Assembly (NCBI GenBank): GCA_965279525.1
Contig: CBDIIB010000004.1
Coordinates: forward strand, 480,001-544,000
Source: Tagaea sp.
GTDB lineage: Bacteria > Pseudomonadota > Alphaproteobacteria > CACIAM-22H2
DNA: 64,000 nucleotides
Reading direction: 5' to 3'
The notes under the pieces: generated by a model
The model's database searches: none
The model's input: the letters and a program-made list of their open reading frames with translations, nothing else
What the model was told of the DNA's origin: nothing
In this document: piece by piece, positions 31,271-41,647 of the stretch
Numbering within the stretch: position 1 is the first letter of the stretch
Layout of the letters: every line of letters begins with the position of its first letter
Position numbers and translations under genes: made by a program

Positions 31271-32462
31271 GGTAGCCCTCGCGCGTCTGCGGGAAGCGCT
31301 TGCCCAGCACGTTGCTGGCGATCAGCGTGCGCAGCATCTGCGCCGTGCCGCCGGCGATGGGGAACATGCGCGCGTCGCGCACATAGCGTTCCATCGGGTT
31401 GTTGCGCGAATAGCCGGCTGCCCCCCAGAGCTGCAGCGCGTCGTTGGTGATCTTGATCGCGGACTCCGACGCCAGAAGCTTGGCGCGCGCGGCCATCGCG
31501 GGCTCGGGGAAGCCGGCGGGTCCTGCGGACGCGGCCGCCTGCCAGATCAGGGCGCGGGCGGATTCGAGTGCCACCGACATGTCGGCGATCATCCATTGCA
31601 GGCCCTGGAACTCGGCGATCGGCCGGCCGAACTGTTCGCGCCGGTTCACGTACTCGCAGGCGTGCTCGTAGGCACCCTGCGCCAGCCCCAGCGCCACGGT
31701 GCCGGCCCCCACGCGCTGGCCGTTATAGGCGTCCATCAGGTCGCCGAAGCCGTGACCGAAGCCGCGCGGCGAGTTCAGCACCATGTCGGCCGGCACTTCG
31801 AGATTGTCGAAGGCGATCTCGGTTTCCGGAATGCCGCGCAAGCCCATCGCCGGCTCGCGCCTGCCGATGACAAGTCCCTTGGGCGTGCCGGCCTTGGGAT
31901 CGCGCACGACGATGAAGCCGCCGATCCCTTCTTCCTTGCCCTTTTCGTCGAACACGCGCGCGAAGATCAGGTGGAAGCGCGACACGCCGCCGCCGGTGAT
32001 CCAGTGCTTGCGCCCGTTGAGCACGTAGCCGCCGCCGCGCCGGTCGGCGCGCGTGGTCATGTCGGTCGCCGCACTGCCGGCTTCGGGTTCGGTGATGCAG
32101 ATCGCCGGCTTGTCGCCCGACAGCACGCAGGACGCGGCGAGCTCGCGCTGGGCCTTCGTGCCGTAGGCGACGACCGCACCCACCGCACCCATGTTGGTCT
32201 CGACCACGATGCGGGCACATGCCCCGCAGGCACGCGCGATCTCCTCGATGACGAGCACGGTGTCGAGATAGGAGCGGCCCTGGCCGCCGAGATCCTTCGG
32301 GACCGTCATGCCGAGGAAGCCCGCCTTGCGCATCGCCTCGACATTCGCCCACGGATACGCCTCCGTCCGGTCGGTCTCGGCGGCGGTCGGGGCGAGGACT
32401 TCGTCGGCAAACTTGCGCGCGCGGGCGCGCAGGGTGGCCTGATCTTCCGTCAGCTTGAACAT
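31245..32462 (-). CDS. Acyl-CoA dehydrogenase-fold protein resembling 3-sulfinopropanoyl-CoA desulfinase
   Basis: GDKPAICITEP, WITGGGVS..HLIFARV, YNGQRVGAG (Gln), RMF.IAGGTAQ, PQTREGY match my recollection of the Acd desulfinase subfamily. Confidence 0.8.
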   Translation of the reverse strand: MFKLTEDQATLRARARKFADEVLAPTAAETDRTEAYPWANVEAMRKAGFLGMTVPKDLGGQGRSYLDTVLVIEEIARACGACARIVVETNMGAVGAVVAYGTKAQRELAASCVLSGDKPAICITEPEAGSAATDMTTRADRRGGGYVLNGRKHWITGGGVSRFHLIFARVFDEKGKEEGIGGFIVVRDPKAGTPKGLVIGRREPAMGLRGIPETEIAFDNLEVPADMVLNSPRGFGHGFGDLMDAYNGQRVGAGTVALGLAQGAYEHACEYVNRREQFGRPIAEFQGLQWMIADMSVALESARALIWQAAASAGPAGFPEPAMAARAKLLASESAIKITNDALQLWGAAGYSRNNPMERYVRDARMFPIAGGTAQMLRTLIASNVLGKRFPQTREGYLKRPKAAE

Positions 32463-32493
32463 GCGCGAAGCCTCATACTTTCCGGCTTGCCGG

Positions 32494-33408
32494 TCAACCC
32501 AGAAGGGCGAGGGCGAGGGGCAGCGTCACCGCCGCGATGACGACCTGGCCCGACACGATGCTTGCCATCAGGGCCGCATCGCCGCCCAGCCGGCGCGCGA
32601 GGATGTAGCTCGACGTGGCCGCCGGCTGCGCGGCGAAGATGACGGCGACGGAAAGCGCCATCGGGTCGAGCCCGATCCACCGCCCGATCGCCCAGACCAG
32701 CAGCGGCGACAGCACGAGCTTGGGAAGGCTCGCAAGCACGATGCCGCGCACGTGCGCGCCCACGCTGCCGAGCGACAGCCCGGCCCCGACCGTGAGCAGG
32801 CCGAGTGCCAGCGAACCGCGCCCGAGGATGTCGGCCATCTGCGAAAGCGTGGCCGGGATGGCGATGTCGGCGAGCGACAGGGCGAGACCGGCGAGCGAGG
32901 CAAGGATCAGCGGGTTCTTCGCCACTTCCGAGGCGACCGAGGCCGACCCGCCGCCGCCGCGCATGCCGAAGCGCGCAAGGGCCAGCACGCTGATCGCGTT
33001 GCCGAGCGGCACCGCGAAGGCGAGCACGATGGCAAGCAGGGCAAGCCCCGCCTTGCCGTGCAGGCCCGCCGCCACGGCAAGGGCCACATAGGTGTTGAAG
33101 CGCAGCGATCCCTGCACGACCGAGGTGAAGGCCGGTCCGTCCATCCCGAGATGGCGGCGCAGCACGAACAGGCCGGCCGCGACGAGCGACATCATGGCAA
33201 GGCACGCGGCGATGAGCTGGATCGTCTCGACGCCGTCGATGCGCGCTTCGGCGATCGACGTGACAAGCAGCGGCGGGAACAGCACGAAATAGGTCAGCCG
33301 CTCGACCGGCTCCCAGAAGCCCGTGTCGCGGAACGCATAATGCTTCAGCACCACGCCCAATGCGATCAGCCCGAAGACCGGGGCGAGGGCGGCGGCGACG
33401 GCGTTCAT
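32494..33408 (-). CDS. AEC family transporter
   Basis: ERLTYFVLFP, QGSLRFNTY, KNPLI, ATSSYILAR.LGGD; overlaps the ruvX stop. Confidence 0.9.
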   Translation of the reverse strand: MNAVAAALAPVFGLIALGVVLKHYAFRDTGFWEPVERLTYFVLFPPLLVTSIAEARIDGVETIQLIAACLAMMSLVAAGLFVLRRHLGMDGPAFTSVVQGSLRFNTYVALAVAAGLHGKAGLALLAIVLAFAVPLGNAISVLALARFGMRGGGGSASVASEVAKNPLILASLAGLALSLADIAIPATLSQMADILGRGSLALGLLTVGAGLSLGSVGAHVRGIVLASLPKLVLSPLLVWAIGRWIGLDPMALSVAVIFAAQPAATSSYILARRLGGDAALMASIVSGQVVIAAVTLPLALALLG

Positions 33409-33875
33409 CGCCCGATCCGCACCCAGTCGAGATAGCCCTGCAGGATGAACGACGCCGCCATCTTGTCGACGACTTCGCTGCGCTTGGCACGGCTCATGTC
33501 GGCCTCGATCAGCGTGCGCGTCACGGCCTGGGTGGACATGCGCTCGTCCCAGAACACGAGCGGCAGGTCGATTCGCGCCAGCAGGTTTCGCGCGAAGGCG
33601 CGCACCGCCTGCGCGCGGGGGCCGAGCGTGCCGTCCATGTTGGTCGGCATGCCGCACACGAAGCCGCCGATGTTGCGCTTGGCGACGACCTCGGCGATCC
33701 GGTCATAGTCGGCCTTCGCCTTGCGACCCCGGAGAATCGTCTCGAGCGGCGAGGCGATGGAAAGGCCCGGGTCGCACACGGCAAGCCCGACCGTCTTCTC
33801 GCCCGGGTCGAGGCCGAGAAGGCATGTCTTTTCCGGCAGTTCGGCCAGAAGGTCGGTGGGGTTGCGGATCGGCAT
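33405..33875 (-). CDS. ruvX: RuvX/YqgF (pre-16S rRNA nuclease)
   Basis: LGLDPGEKTVGLA, WDERMST, VDKMAASFILQ. Confidence 0.94.
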   Translation of the reverse strand: MPIRNPTDLLAELPEKTCLLGLDPGEKTVGLAVCDPGLSIASPLETILRGRKAKADYDRIAEVVAKRNIGGFVCGMPTNMDGTLGPRAQAVRAFARNLLARIDLPLVFWDERMSTQAVTRTLIEADMSRAKRSEVVDKMAASFILQGYLDWVRIGR

Positions 33876-33951
33876 GTCGGATGTTAGCTTCCCGGCCCGT
33901 TTTCACCGACGTTTTCACCGTCATTTCAAGGCCCAAGGCGAGACATACCGC

Positions 33952-34263
33952 ATGTCGCTCGATCAGGCTACCGTCGCACGAATTGCACAGCTGGCACGCA
34001 TCCGGCTCGCACCCGAAGACCGCCCGAAAATGGCGAACGAGCTGCAGACGATCCTCGACTGGGTCGAGCAGCTCAAGGAACTCGACACCTCGAAGGTCGA
34101 GCCGATGACCTCGACCGTCGAAGTCGTGATGCCGAGCCGCGAAGACAAGGTCACCGACGGCGGCTATCCCAACAAGGTGCTCGCCAACGCGACCGACCCG
34201 GTGCGCGTATCGACGACCGAGGATCTCGGCGGCTTTTTCACCGTTCCGAAGGTGGTCGAGTGA
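33952..34263 (+). CDS. gatC: Asp/Glu-tRNA amidotransferase subunit C
   Basis: [33 protein letters not shown]. Confidence 0.95.
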   Translation: MSLDQATVARIAQLARIRLAPEDRPKMANELQTILDWVEQLKELDTSKVEPMTSTVEVVMPSREDKVTDGGYPNKVLANATDPVRVSTTEDLGGFFTVPKVVE

Positions 34264-35726
34264 TGGCCGAGCTTGTCGATCTTACCATTGCCGAACTGCG
34301 CGACGGCCTGAAGGCCGGCCGCTTCTCCGCGATCGAGCTGACGAAGGCGTATCTCGCCGCGATGGAGAAGAACCGCCACCTGAACGCCTTCATCGTCGAG
34401 ACGCCCGACATGGCGTTGACGCAGGCGGCACTCGCCGACGCAAAGCTCCAGAAGGGCGAGGGGCGTCCGCTCGAAGGCATCCCGCTCGGCATCAAGGACC
34501 TGTTCTGCACCAAGGGCGTGCAGACGACCGCCGGCAGCCACATCCTCGAAGGCTTCAAGCCGCCTTACGAGTCGACCGTCTCGCAGAACCTGTTCGATGC
34601 CGGGGCGACGATGCTCGGCAAGCTCAACATGGACGAGTTCGCGATGGGCTCGGCCAACGTAACCAGCCATTTCGGGCCGGTGAAGAACCCGTGGAAGCGC
34701 AAGGACGGCAAGGACCTGGTGCCCGGCGGATCGTCCGGCGGTTCGGCTGCCGCGGTCGCCGCGCATATTGTTGCTGCCGCCACTGGAACGGACACCGGCG
34801 GCTCGATCCGCCAGCCCGCGAGTTTCACGGGCATCGTCGGCATCAAGCCGACCTACGGGCGCTGCTCGCGCTGGGGCATCGTCGCGTTCGCCTCGTCGCT
34901 CGACCAGGCCGGGCCGATGGCGCGCACCGTGCGCGATGCCGCGATCCTGCTGAAGTCGATGGCCGGGCACGATCCCAAGGATTCGACGTCGGTGCCCGTA
35001 CCGGTCCCCAACTACGAGGCGGCACTCACCGGCAACGTGAAGGGCCTTAAGTTCGGCATCCCGAAGGAATACCGCGTCGACGGCATGCCGGCGGAGATCG
35101 AGAAGCTCTGGCAGCAGGGCATCGACTGGCTGAAGGCCGCGGGTGCCGAACCGGTCGAGATCTCGCTGCCGCACACCAAGTACGCGCTGCCGACCTACTA
35201 CATCATCGCGCCCGCCGAAGCGTCGTCGAACCTCGCGCGCTATGACGGCGTGCGCTACGGGCTGCGCGTGCCCGGCAAGTCGCTGGACGAGATGTACGAG
35301 AACACGCGCGCCGAAGGTTTCGGGGCCGAAGTGCGCCGGCGCATCCTGATCGGCACCTACGTGCTGTCGGCCGGCTACTACGACGCGTACTATCTGAAGG
35401 CCCAGCGCGTGCGCACGCTGATCTTCAACGACTTCAAGGAAGCGTGGAAGAAGTGCGACGTGGTGCTTACGCCCACCGCACCGTCGGCCGCGTTCGGCAT
35501 CGGCGAGAAGGACGACGATCCGATCGGCATGTATCTCAACGACGTGTTCACGGTGCCGGTCAATCTCGCCGGCCTGCCGGGCATGTCGGTGCCCGCCGGC
35601 CTGTCGGGCGACGGGCTGCCGCTGGGGCTGCAGCTGATCGGCAAGCCGTTCGGCGAGGAAACCCTGTTCCGCGTGGGTGGCGTGCTCGAAAGTGCCGCCA
35701 ACTTCACCGCGCGCCCGGGAGCGTGA
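34263..35726 (+). CDS. gatA: Asp/Glu-tRNA amidotransferase subunit A
   Basis: [38 protein letters not shown]. Confidence 0.97.
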   Translation: MAELVDLTIAELRDGLKAGRFSAIELTKAYLAAMEKNRHLNAFIVETPDMALTQAALADAKLQKGEGRPLEGIPLGIKDLFCTKGVQTTAGSHILEGFKPPYESTVSQNLFDAGATMLGKLNMDEFAMGSANVTSHFGPVKNPWKRKDGKDLVPGGSSGGSAAAVAAHIVAAATGTDTGGSIRQPASFTGIVGIKPTYGRCSRWGIVAFASSLDQAGPMARTVRDAAILLKSMAGHDPKDSTSVPVPVPNYEAALTGNVKGLKFGIPKEYRVDGMPAEIEKLWQQGIDWLKAAGAEPVEISLPHTKYALPTYYIIAPAEASSNLARYDGVRYGLRVPGKSLDEMYENTRAEGFGAEVRRRILIGTYVLSAGYYDAYYLKAQRVRTLIFNDFKEAWKKCDVVLTPTAPSAAFGIGEKDDDPIGMYLNDVFTVPVNLAGLPGMSVPAGLSGDGLPLGLQLIGKPFGEETLFRVGGVLESAANFTARPGA

Positions 35727-35730
35727 AGCG

Positions 35731-37185
35731 ATGATCATCGAAGGCAAGTCCGGCAAGTGGGAAGTCGTCGTGGGCCTCGAGGTCCACGCGCAGGTCGTCT
35801 CGCAGGCGAAACTGTTCTCGGGCGCTTCGGCCACCTATGGCGGCGATCCGAACGGGCAGGTGAGCTTCGTCGACGCGGCGTTCCCCGGCATGCTGCCCGT
35901 CATCAACGGTTTCGTCGTCGAGCAGGCGATCAAGACCGGCCTCGGCATCGAGGCGAAGGTCAACGAAGTGTCGATCTTCGACCGGAAGAACTATTTCTAC
36001 GCCGACCTGCCGCAGGGCTACCAGATCAGCCAGTACACGCGGCCCATCGTGACCGGCGGCAAGCTCGAACTCGACATGCCCGGCGGCGTGACCAAGACCG
36101 TCGGCGTCACGCGCCTGCATCTCGAGCAGGACGCCGGCAAGTCGATGCACGACCAGAGCCCGTCGAAGAGCTACATCGACCTCAACCGGTCGGGCGTGGC
36201 GCTGATGGAGATCGTGTCGGAGCCGGAAATCCGCTCGCCGGAAGAGGCGGGGGCGTATCTGAAGAAGCTGCGCGCCATCCTGCGCTATCTGGGCACGTGC
36301 GACGGCAACATGGAGGAAGGCTCCATGCGGTGCGACGCGAACGTATCCGTGCGCAAGGTCGGTGCCACCGAGTTCGGCACGCGCAACGAGATCAAGAACG
36401 TCAACTCGATCCGCTTCGTCATGCAGGCGATCGAGTATGAAGCGATGCGCCAGGTCGAGGAGCTGGAGAACGGCGGCACGATCATCCAGGAAACGCGCCT
36501 GTGGGATACCGCCAAGGGCATCACGCGCCCGATGCGCTCGAAGGAGCACGCGCACGACTACCGCTATTTCCCGGACCCGGACCTGCTGCCGCTGGTGCTC
36601 GATCCCGCGACGATCGCGCGCATCAAGGCCGCGATGCCCGAACTGCCCGACGCCAAGAAGGCGCGCTTCGTGTCGCAGTACAAGCTCTCGCCCTACGACG
36701 CGAGCGTGCTGGTGGCCGAGCAGGAGCAGGCCGATTTCTTCGAAACCGTCGCCAAGGGCCGCAAGGACCCGAAGCTTGCCGCCAACTGGGTGATCGTCGA
36801 GCTGTTCGGTGCGCTCAACAAGAAGGGCGTCGACGTGGCGCACTCGCCGGTCTCGGCCAAGAACCTCGCCGGGCTCCTCGACCTCATGGAAAACGACACG
36901 ATCTCGGGCCGCATCGCCAAGGACGTGTTCCAGTTCATGGTCGAGACGGGCAAGGACGCGGCAAGCATCGTCGCCGAGAAGGGCCTGACGCAGGTCACCG
37001 ATACCGGCGCCATCGACGCCGCCATCGCCAAGGTCATGGCCGAGAACGAGGCGAAGGTCGCCGAGTATCGCTCGGGCAAGGTCACGCTGTTCGGCTGGTT
37101 CGTCGGGCAGGTGATGAAGGGTACGGGCGGCAAGGCCAACCCCGCCAAGGTCAACGAGATCCTCAAAGCGAAACTCGGAGGATAG
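35731..37185 (+). CDS. gatB: Asp/Glu-tRNA amidotransferase subunit B
   Basis: [42 protein letters not shown]. Confidence 0.97.
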   Translation: MIIEGKSGKWEVVVGLEVHAQVVSQAKLFSGASATYGGDPNGQVSFVDAAFPGMLPVINGFVVEQAIKTGLGIEAKVNEVSIFDRKNYFYADLPQGYQISQYTRPIVTGGKLELDMPGGVTKTVGVTRLHLEQDAGKSMHDQSPSKSYIDLNRSGVALMEIVSEPEIRSPEEAGAYLKKLRAILRYLGTCDGNMEEGSMRCDANVSVRKVGATEFGTRNEIKNVNSIRFVMQAIEYEAMRQVEELENGGTIIQETRLWDTAKGITRPMRSKEHAHDYRYFPDPDLLPLVLDPATIARIKAAMPELPDAKKARFVSQYKLSPYDASVLVAEQEQADFFETVAKGRKDPKLAANWVIVELFGALNKKGVDVAHSPVSAKNLAGLLDLMENDTISGRIAKDVFQFMVETGKDAASIVAEKGLTQVTDTGAIDAAIAKVMAENEAKVAEYRSGKVTLFGWFVGQVMKGTGGKANPAKVNEILKAKLGG

Positions 37186-37189
37186 GACC

Positions 37190-38002
37190 ATGGCTGCGAA
37201 GAAGAAGACGCCACCCAAGAAAAAGAAGGCGGCGCCCAAGCCGAAGCCCAAGAAAATCCTGAAAGCCACGCCGGCGATCAAGGCGTCGGCAGCAAAGTCG
37301 GCGAAGAAGGCCGCCAAGGGTGCGCGCATCGGCAAGGCCGGCTACGACGTGCCGGCGAAGAAGGCTGCATCGAAGGCGCCGGCGCACGTCACGCTCCACG
37401 GCTTCCACCTGTCGCTGCCGTCCTGCAAGGTGGCGCTGATGCTGAGCATGCTCGGCGCCAAGTGGAACTACCGCCATGTCGACCTGCGTGCCGGGGCGCA
37501 GAAGACCGCCGACCATCTGAAGATCAACCGCTACGGCCAGGTGCCGGCACTGGTCGACGGCACCGAGGTGATCGTCCAGTCGAACGTGATCCTCCAGTAT
37601 CTCGCCGACCGTTTCGGCGCCTTCGGCGGCTCGGCCGCGCACGAGAAGCGCCGCATCGCCGAATGGCTCGCGTGGGATCTCGATCGCATGACGTCGGTGG
37701 GGCAGGCCCGCTTCCTGCGGCGCAACCAGCCCGACAGTCCGGCGCTGCCGTTCGTGTTCGGGCGCGGCGAGCAGTCGCTCGAACTGCTCGACCGGCATCT
37801 GGGCACGTCGAAGTTCCTTGCCGGCCCGAACCCGACCATCGCCGACATCGCGGTGTTCCCGTGGATCGCGACGGCGGAAGAAGCACAGTACGACGCCGGC
37901 AAATACCCGAACATCCGCGACTGGGGCCAGCGCATGATGAAGCTGCCCGGTGTGGCACATCCGTATGCGCTGATGCCCAAGGAAGACCGCGCGGCCCAAT
38001 GA
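37190..38002 (+). CDS. Glutathione S-transferase with Lys/Ala/Pro-rich N-terminal extension
   Basis: GST motifs INRYGQVPAL, QSNVILQYLAD, TIADIA after 64 basic residues; GGAGG RBS overlapping the gatB end. Confidence 0.88.
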   Translation: MAAKKKTPPKKKKAAPKPKPKKILKATPAIKASAAKSAKKAAKGARIGKAGYDVPAKKAASKAPAHVTLHGFHLSLPSCKVALMLSMLGAKWNYRHVDLRAGAQKTADHLKINRYGQVPALVDGTEVIVQSNVILQYLADRFGAFGGSAAHEKRRIAEWLAWDLDRMTSVGQARFLRRNQPDSPALPFVFGRGEQSLELLDRHLGTSKFLAGPNPTIADIAVFPWIATAEEAQYDAGKYPNIRDWGQRMMKLPGVAHPYALMPKEDRAAQ

Positions 38003-38061
38003 TCCATTAACTATTTTCTGGCGTAAGTTCCGCTAAGGGGTAGCTCCAGAAAGGACCTTCC

Positions 38062-38853
38062 ATGAAGACCCGCATTTTTGCCTGCACGCTCGCCGTGCTC
38101 GCCGCCACGTCCACCGCCGCCAGCGCGCTCGAACTCGTCGGGCTGACGGACCGCAACGAGCTTGTCCGCTTCGAATCCACGAGCCCGCAGAAGACATGGA
38201 TGGTCGCCGTGCTCGGCACCGCCAGCCGCGTGATCGGCATCGATGTCCGCCCCGCGGACGGAAAGCTCTACGGCCTCGATGCCGCCGGCAACATCTATCG
38301 CATCGACGTGGTCAGCGGCCGCTCGGAGAAGGTGTCGACACTGTCCGTTCCGCTCGAAACGCAGGACGGCGCCGTCGTCGACTTCAACCCGCAGGCCAAC
38401 CGCCTGCGCGTGATCGGTCCGAACGGGCAGAGCCTGCGCGTCAATGTCGATACCGGCGAAGCCGCGGTCGACGGCCGCCTCGCGTTCGCGGCCGGCGATC
38501 CCAACGCCGGGAAGAAACCGAACGTCACGGCGGGGGCCTACATCAACTCGGTCGCTGGCGCCAAGCAGACGCAGCTCTTCGAGTACGATTCCGCCAACGG
38601 CGCCTACCTGATCCAGGACCCGCCGAACGACGGCACGCTCGCCTCGATCGGCGAACCGGGCCTGCCGCCGGGCACGCGCATCGACGCGATGGACATCTTC
38701 ACCGACAAGGACATGAAGAACTATTCGGGATTCGCGGTCGCCGCGTCGCGCCTGTGGGAGTTCTCCGTCGTCAACGGCAAGATGCGCGAGATCGGGCCCA
38801 TCGCATCGGGCACGCGCAAGATCGTCGACATCGCCGTCGTCACCGCGCCCTGA
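38062..38853 (+). CDS. DUF4394-like secreted beta-rich protein
   Basis: Signal peptide; [37 protein letters not shown]. Confidence 0.85.
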   Translation: MKTRIFACTLAVLAATSTAASALELVGLTDRNELVRFESTSPQKTWMVAVLGTASRVIGIDVRPADGKLYGLDAAGNIYRIDVVSGRSEKVSTLSVPLETQDGAVVDFNPQANRLRVIGPNGQSLRVNVDTGEAAVDGRLAFAAGDPNAGKKPNVTAGAYINSVAGAKQTQLFEYDSANGAYLIQDPPNDGTLASIGEPGLPPGTRIDAMDIFTDKDMKNYSGFAVAASRLWEFSVVNGKMREIGPIASGTRKIVDIAVVTAP

Positions 38854-38878
38854 ACCCGGACAAGGAACCGCCAAGCCG

Positions 38879-39496
38879 ATGATCGATCTCTATACGTGGA
38901 CGACGCCCAACGGCCGCAAGGCCTCCGTGATGCTCGAGGAACTCGGGCTCGCCTACAACGTCCACAAGATCAACATCAGCAAGGACGAGCAGTTCGCACC
39001 TGCGTTTCTCGCGATCAGTCCCAACAACCGGATCCCGGCCATCGTCGACAATGACGGCCCGGGCGGCAAGCCGATCTCGGTCTTCGAATCCGGCGCCATC
39101 CTGATCTATCTGGCGGAGAAGACGGGCAGCAAGCTGCTGCCCGCCGACCCGCGCGCACGCACGGTCGTGCTCCAATGGCTGATGTGGCAGATGGGCGGCG
39201 TGGGGCCGATGTTCGGCCAGACGCACCACTTCATGCATGCGGCCCCCGAGAAGGTGCCCTACGGCATCGAACGTTATTCCAAGGAAACGCGCCGGCTCTA
39301 TGGCGTGATGGACAAGCGCCTCGGCGAGGCCGCGTATCTCGCCGGCAGCGACTACTCGATCGCCGACATCGCCACCTATCCGTGGGTCGCGCGCCACGAG
39401 CATCACAAGGTGGATCTCGCCGGGTTCCAGAACGTGAAACGCTGGTTCGACGCGATCGGCGCAAGGCCGGCTGTCGTGAAGGGGATGGCGGTCTAG
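38879..39496 (+). CDS. Glutathione S-transferase, YfcG-like
   Basis: [37 protein letters not shown]. Confidence 0.93.
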   Translation: MIDLYTWTTPNGRKASVMLEELGLAYNVHKINISKDEQFAPAFLAISPNNRIPAIVDNDGPGGKPISVFESGAILIYLAEKTGSKLLPADPRARTVVLQWLMWQMGGVGPMFGQTHHFMHAAPEKVPYGIERYSKETRRLYGVMDKRLGEAAYLAGSDYSIADIATYPWVARHEHHKVDLAGFQNVKRWFDAIGARPAVVKGMAV

Positions 39497-39511
39497 GGTT
39501 TTTAGGCCGTC

Positions 39512-40049
39512 ATGGATGACATCGAGATCGTCGACTACGATCCGCGCTGGCCTGCACGGTTCGCCGAAGAAGCCGAATGCCTGCGCGCGGCCCTGAGCAC
39601 CGGTCAAGTGCGGGAAAATGGCACTCGAGCATTTCGGCAGCACCGCCATTCCCGGCCTCGCCGCCAAGCCGATCATCGACATCCTCGTCGCGGTCCGCTC
39701 GCTGGCCGTCGCACGTGCCACGTTCGTCGAACCGCTCCGCACGCTCGGCTACGTCTTCTGGGCAGAGAACCCGAAGACGGATCGCCTGTTCTTCGTGAAG
39801 GGCATGCCGCCCTATGGCGAACGCCGGACACATCATGTCCATGTCGCGGAACCGACGGCGGAGCCGTGGCTGCGACTGCCGTTCCGGGATTACCTGCGTG
39901 CGCATAGGCAAGAGGCGCAGCGCTACGAGCGGCTGAAGCGCGAACTGGCGCTTCGGCATCGGACCGACCGGGAGGCCTATACGGACGCGAAGTCGGCCTA
40001 TGTGGACGAGGTGCTTGCCAAGGCGGGGCAGGACGCCACTCGGCTCTAG
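39512..40049 (+). pseudogene. GrpB/UPF0157 family gene split by a frameshift near 39611-39617
   Basis: The N-terminus (IEIVDYDPRWPARF) and the remainder (EHFGSTAIPGLAAKPIIDI, FRDYLR, Y...K) lie in different frames. Confidence 0.75.
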
Positions 40050-40050
40050 G

Positions 40051-40086
40051 CGTCATGCCCGGCGAATGCCGGGCATCCACGACTTC
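40051..40086. repeat. REP-like palindromic element
   Basis: GTC-ATGCCCGGC-GAAT-GCCGGGCAT-CCACG: perfect 9-bp stem with no U-tract; single copy seen here. Confidence 0.5.
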
Positions 40087-40151
40087 CTTCGCCGAATCCC
40101 GAAGCGCAGCTATAAATCGCGCTGACGCATCAAACCGGGAAGGGTGAATCC

Positions 40152-40421
40152 ATGCACATGGCTCAAGTGATCGGCGCGGGAATCCTGCTTCTCGGCGTGT
40201 TCCTGCTTTTCGGCAAGCTGTGGGGGACCGACACGAGCACCATTGCCGCCGGTGCGACGCTGTTCCTGCCGGCATGGCTCGCACTCGCCGTCGCCAACAT
40301 GTGGGTCGGCGTCACGAAGGCCGGCTACACGCTCGCCCAGGAACTGCCGATCCTGCTCGTCGTGTTCGCCGTGCCCGCCGCGATCGCGCTGGCCGTCGCC
40401 TGGCGGCTGTCGAAGGCGTAA
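40152..40421 (+). CDS. Small hypothetical membrane protein (about 3 TM)
   Basis: Hydrophobic ORF with FLPAWL...NMWVGV..AGY...ELPI; GGAAGG upstream. Confidence 0.8.
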   Translation: MHMAQVIGAGILLLGVFLLFGKLWGTDTSTIAAGATLFLPAWLALAVANMWVGVTKAGYTLAQELPILLVVFAVPAAIALAVAWRLSKA

Positions 40422-40431
40422 GCCGCGCCCC

Positions 40432-41466
40432 TTACTTCGCCGCCGCCTTGATCTCGCGGTCCCAGCGCGCCAGCAGGCGCGTGCGTTCGGCCGGGTCGCC
40501 GTATTTGGCGAAGTCGTAGTCGATCAGCTTGGCGTCGACCGCCTTGGCGATTTCCGGGGGCAGGGTGACCGACTTGTTGGCCGGCACCTGGTACGACTTC
40601 ACCGACAGGCCGATGGCCTGGGCTTCGGGCGACAGCAGCCAGTCATAGAGCTTTTTCGCACCCGCCATGTTGCGCGAGCCCTTGATCAGCGACATCGAGC
40701 CGACTTCGAAGCCGGTGCCCTCGCATGGCGCCACGTTGACGATCGGCGCCTTCTCGAGGATCTGCACCAGCGCATCCGACATGAACACGATGCCGACGGC
40801 TGTTTCACCGGTCGCGGCCGCGCGCACGGGGGCTCCGCCCGACTTCGTGTATTGGTTCACGTTCTTGTGCATCGCCTTCATGAAGTCGAAGCCCTTGTCC
40901 TCGCCGAAGAGCTGCACCATCGTCGCGAGGAACGTGTAGGCCGTGCCCGACGAGTTCGGGTCGGCGACCTGCACTTCGTCCTTCAGCTTCGGGTCGAGCA
41001 GGTCGGACCAGCACTTGATCTCGCGCATGCCGCGCTTGGCGAGCTGGCCGGGGTTGTAGACGAGACCGAGCGCGCCCGAATAGACGCCGACCGTGCGGTT
41101 GCCCGAGCGCGTCGCCTGCTTCTGCGCCCAGTCGTGCAGCTGCGGCAGCAGCGGCGAGGTGTAGGGTTCGGTGAGGCCTTCGAGTGCGGCCTGCAGGTGC
41201 GGATCGCCCGTACCGCCCCACCACAGATCGTTGCGCGGATTGGCGGCCTGCGCGCGGATCGTGGCGAACGCCTCGCCGGTCGACTGGCGGACCATGAAGA
41301 CCTTGCCACCGCCGGTGCGCTCGTAAGCCGAGACGAGCGCCTGGCAGTATTCCTGCTGCGCGCTGCATACGAACGAGACGGGGGTCTGCGCGCTCGCGGT
41401 TCCGGCAAGCAGCGTTGCGGCAAGTCCGGCAAAGGTCGCGCCTAGCAGCGGCAAAGTTTTCGGCAT
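40432..41466 (-). CDS. ABC transporter substrate-binding protein (AfuA/FbpA class)
   Basis: Signal peptide; STGE, WWGGTGD, ADPNSSGTAY, YTKSG, PCEGTGFE. Confidence 0.88.
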   Translation of the reverse strand: MPKTLPLLGATFAGLAATLLAGTASAQTPVSFVCSAQQEYCQALVSAYERTGGGKVFMVRQSTGEAFATIRAQAANPRNDLWWGGTGDPHLQAALEGLTEPYTSPLLPQLHDWAQKQATRSGNRTVGVYSGALGLVYNPGQLAKRGMREIKCWSDLLDPKLKDEVQVADPNSSGTAYTFLATMVQLFGEDKGFDFMKAMHKNVNQYTKSGGAPVRAAATGETAVGIVFMSDALVQILEKAPIVNVAPCEGTGFEVGSMSLIKGSRNMAGAKKLYDWLLSPEAQAIGLSVKSYQVPANKSVTLPPEIAKAVDAKLIDYDFAKYGDPAERTRLLARWDREIKAAAK

Positions 41467-41647
41467 GGTCGGTCGGGCCCCCGTTTGAAAATGACAGTTC
41501 CATGACAACGCTAGCCAACCGGCAGGGCGAGCGCCAGATACGGGTTTTGTTTGCTATTTTTCTTATACTAGGATATATATCTAAAACGAGATTGGAGTGG
41601 AAACAGGAGCCTCCGGACGTCCTACATGACACAAGAAATTCACGTCA

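Noticed and set aside
34190-34240. Short insertion in the GatC C-terminus ([10 protein letters not shown])
   Set aside because: Falls in a variable loop; frame and terminal motif are intact
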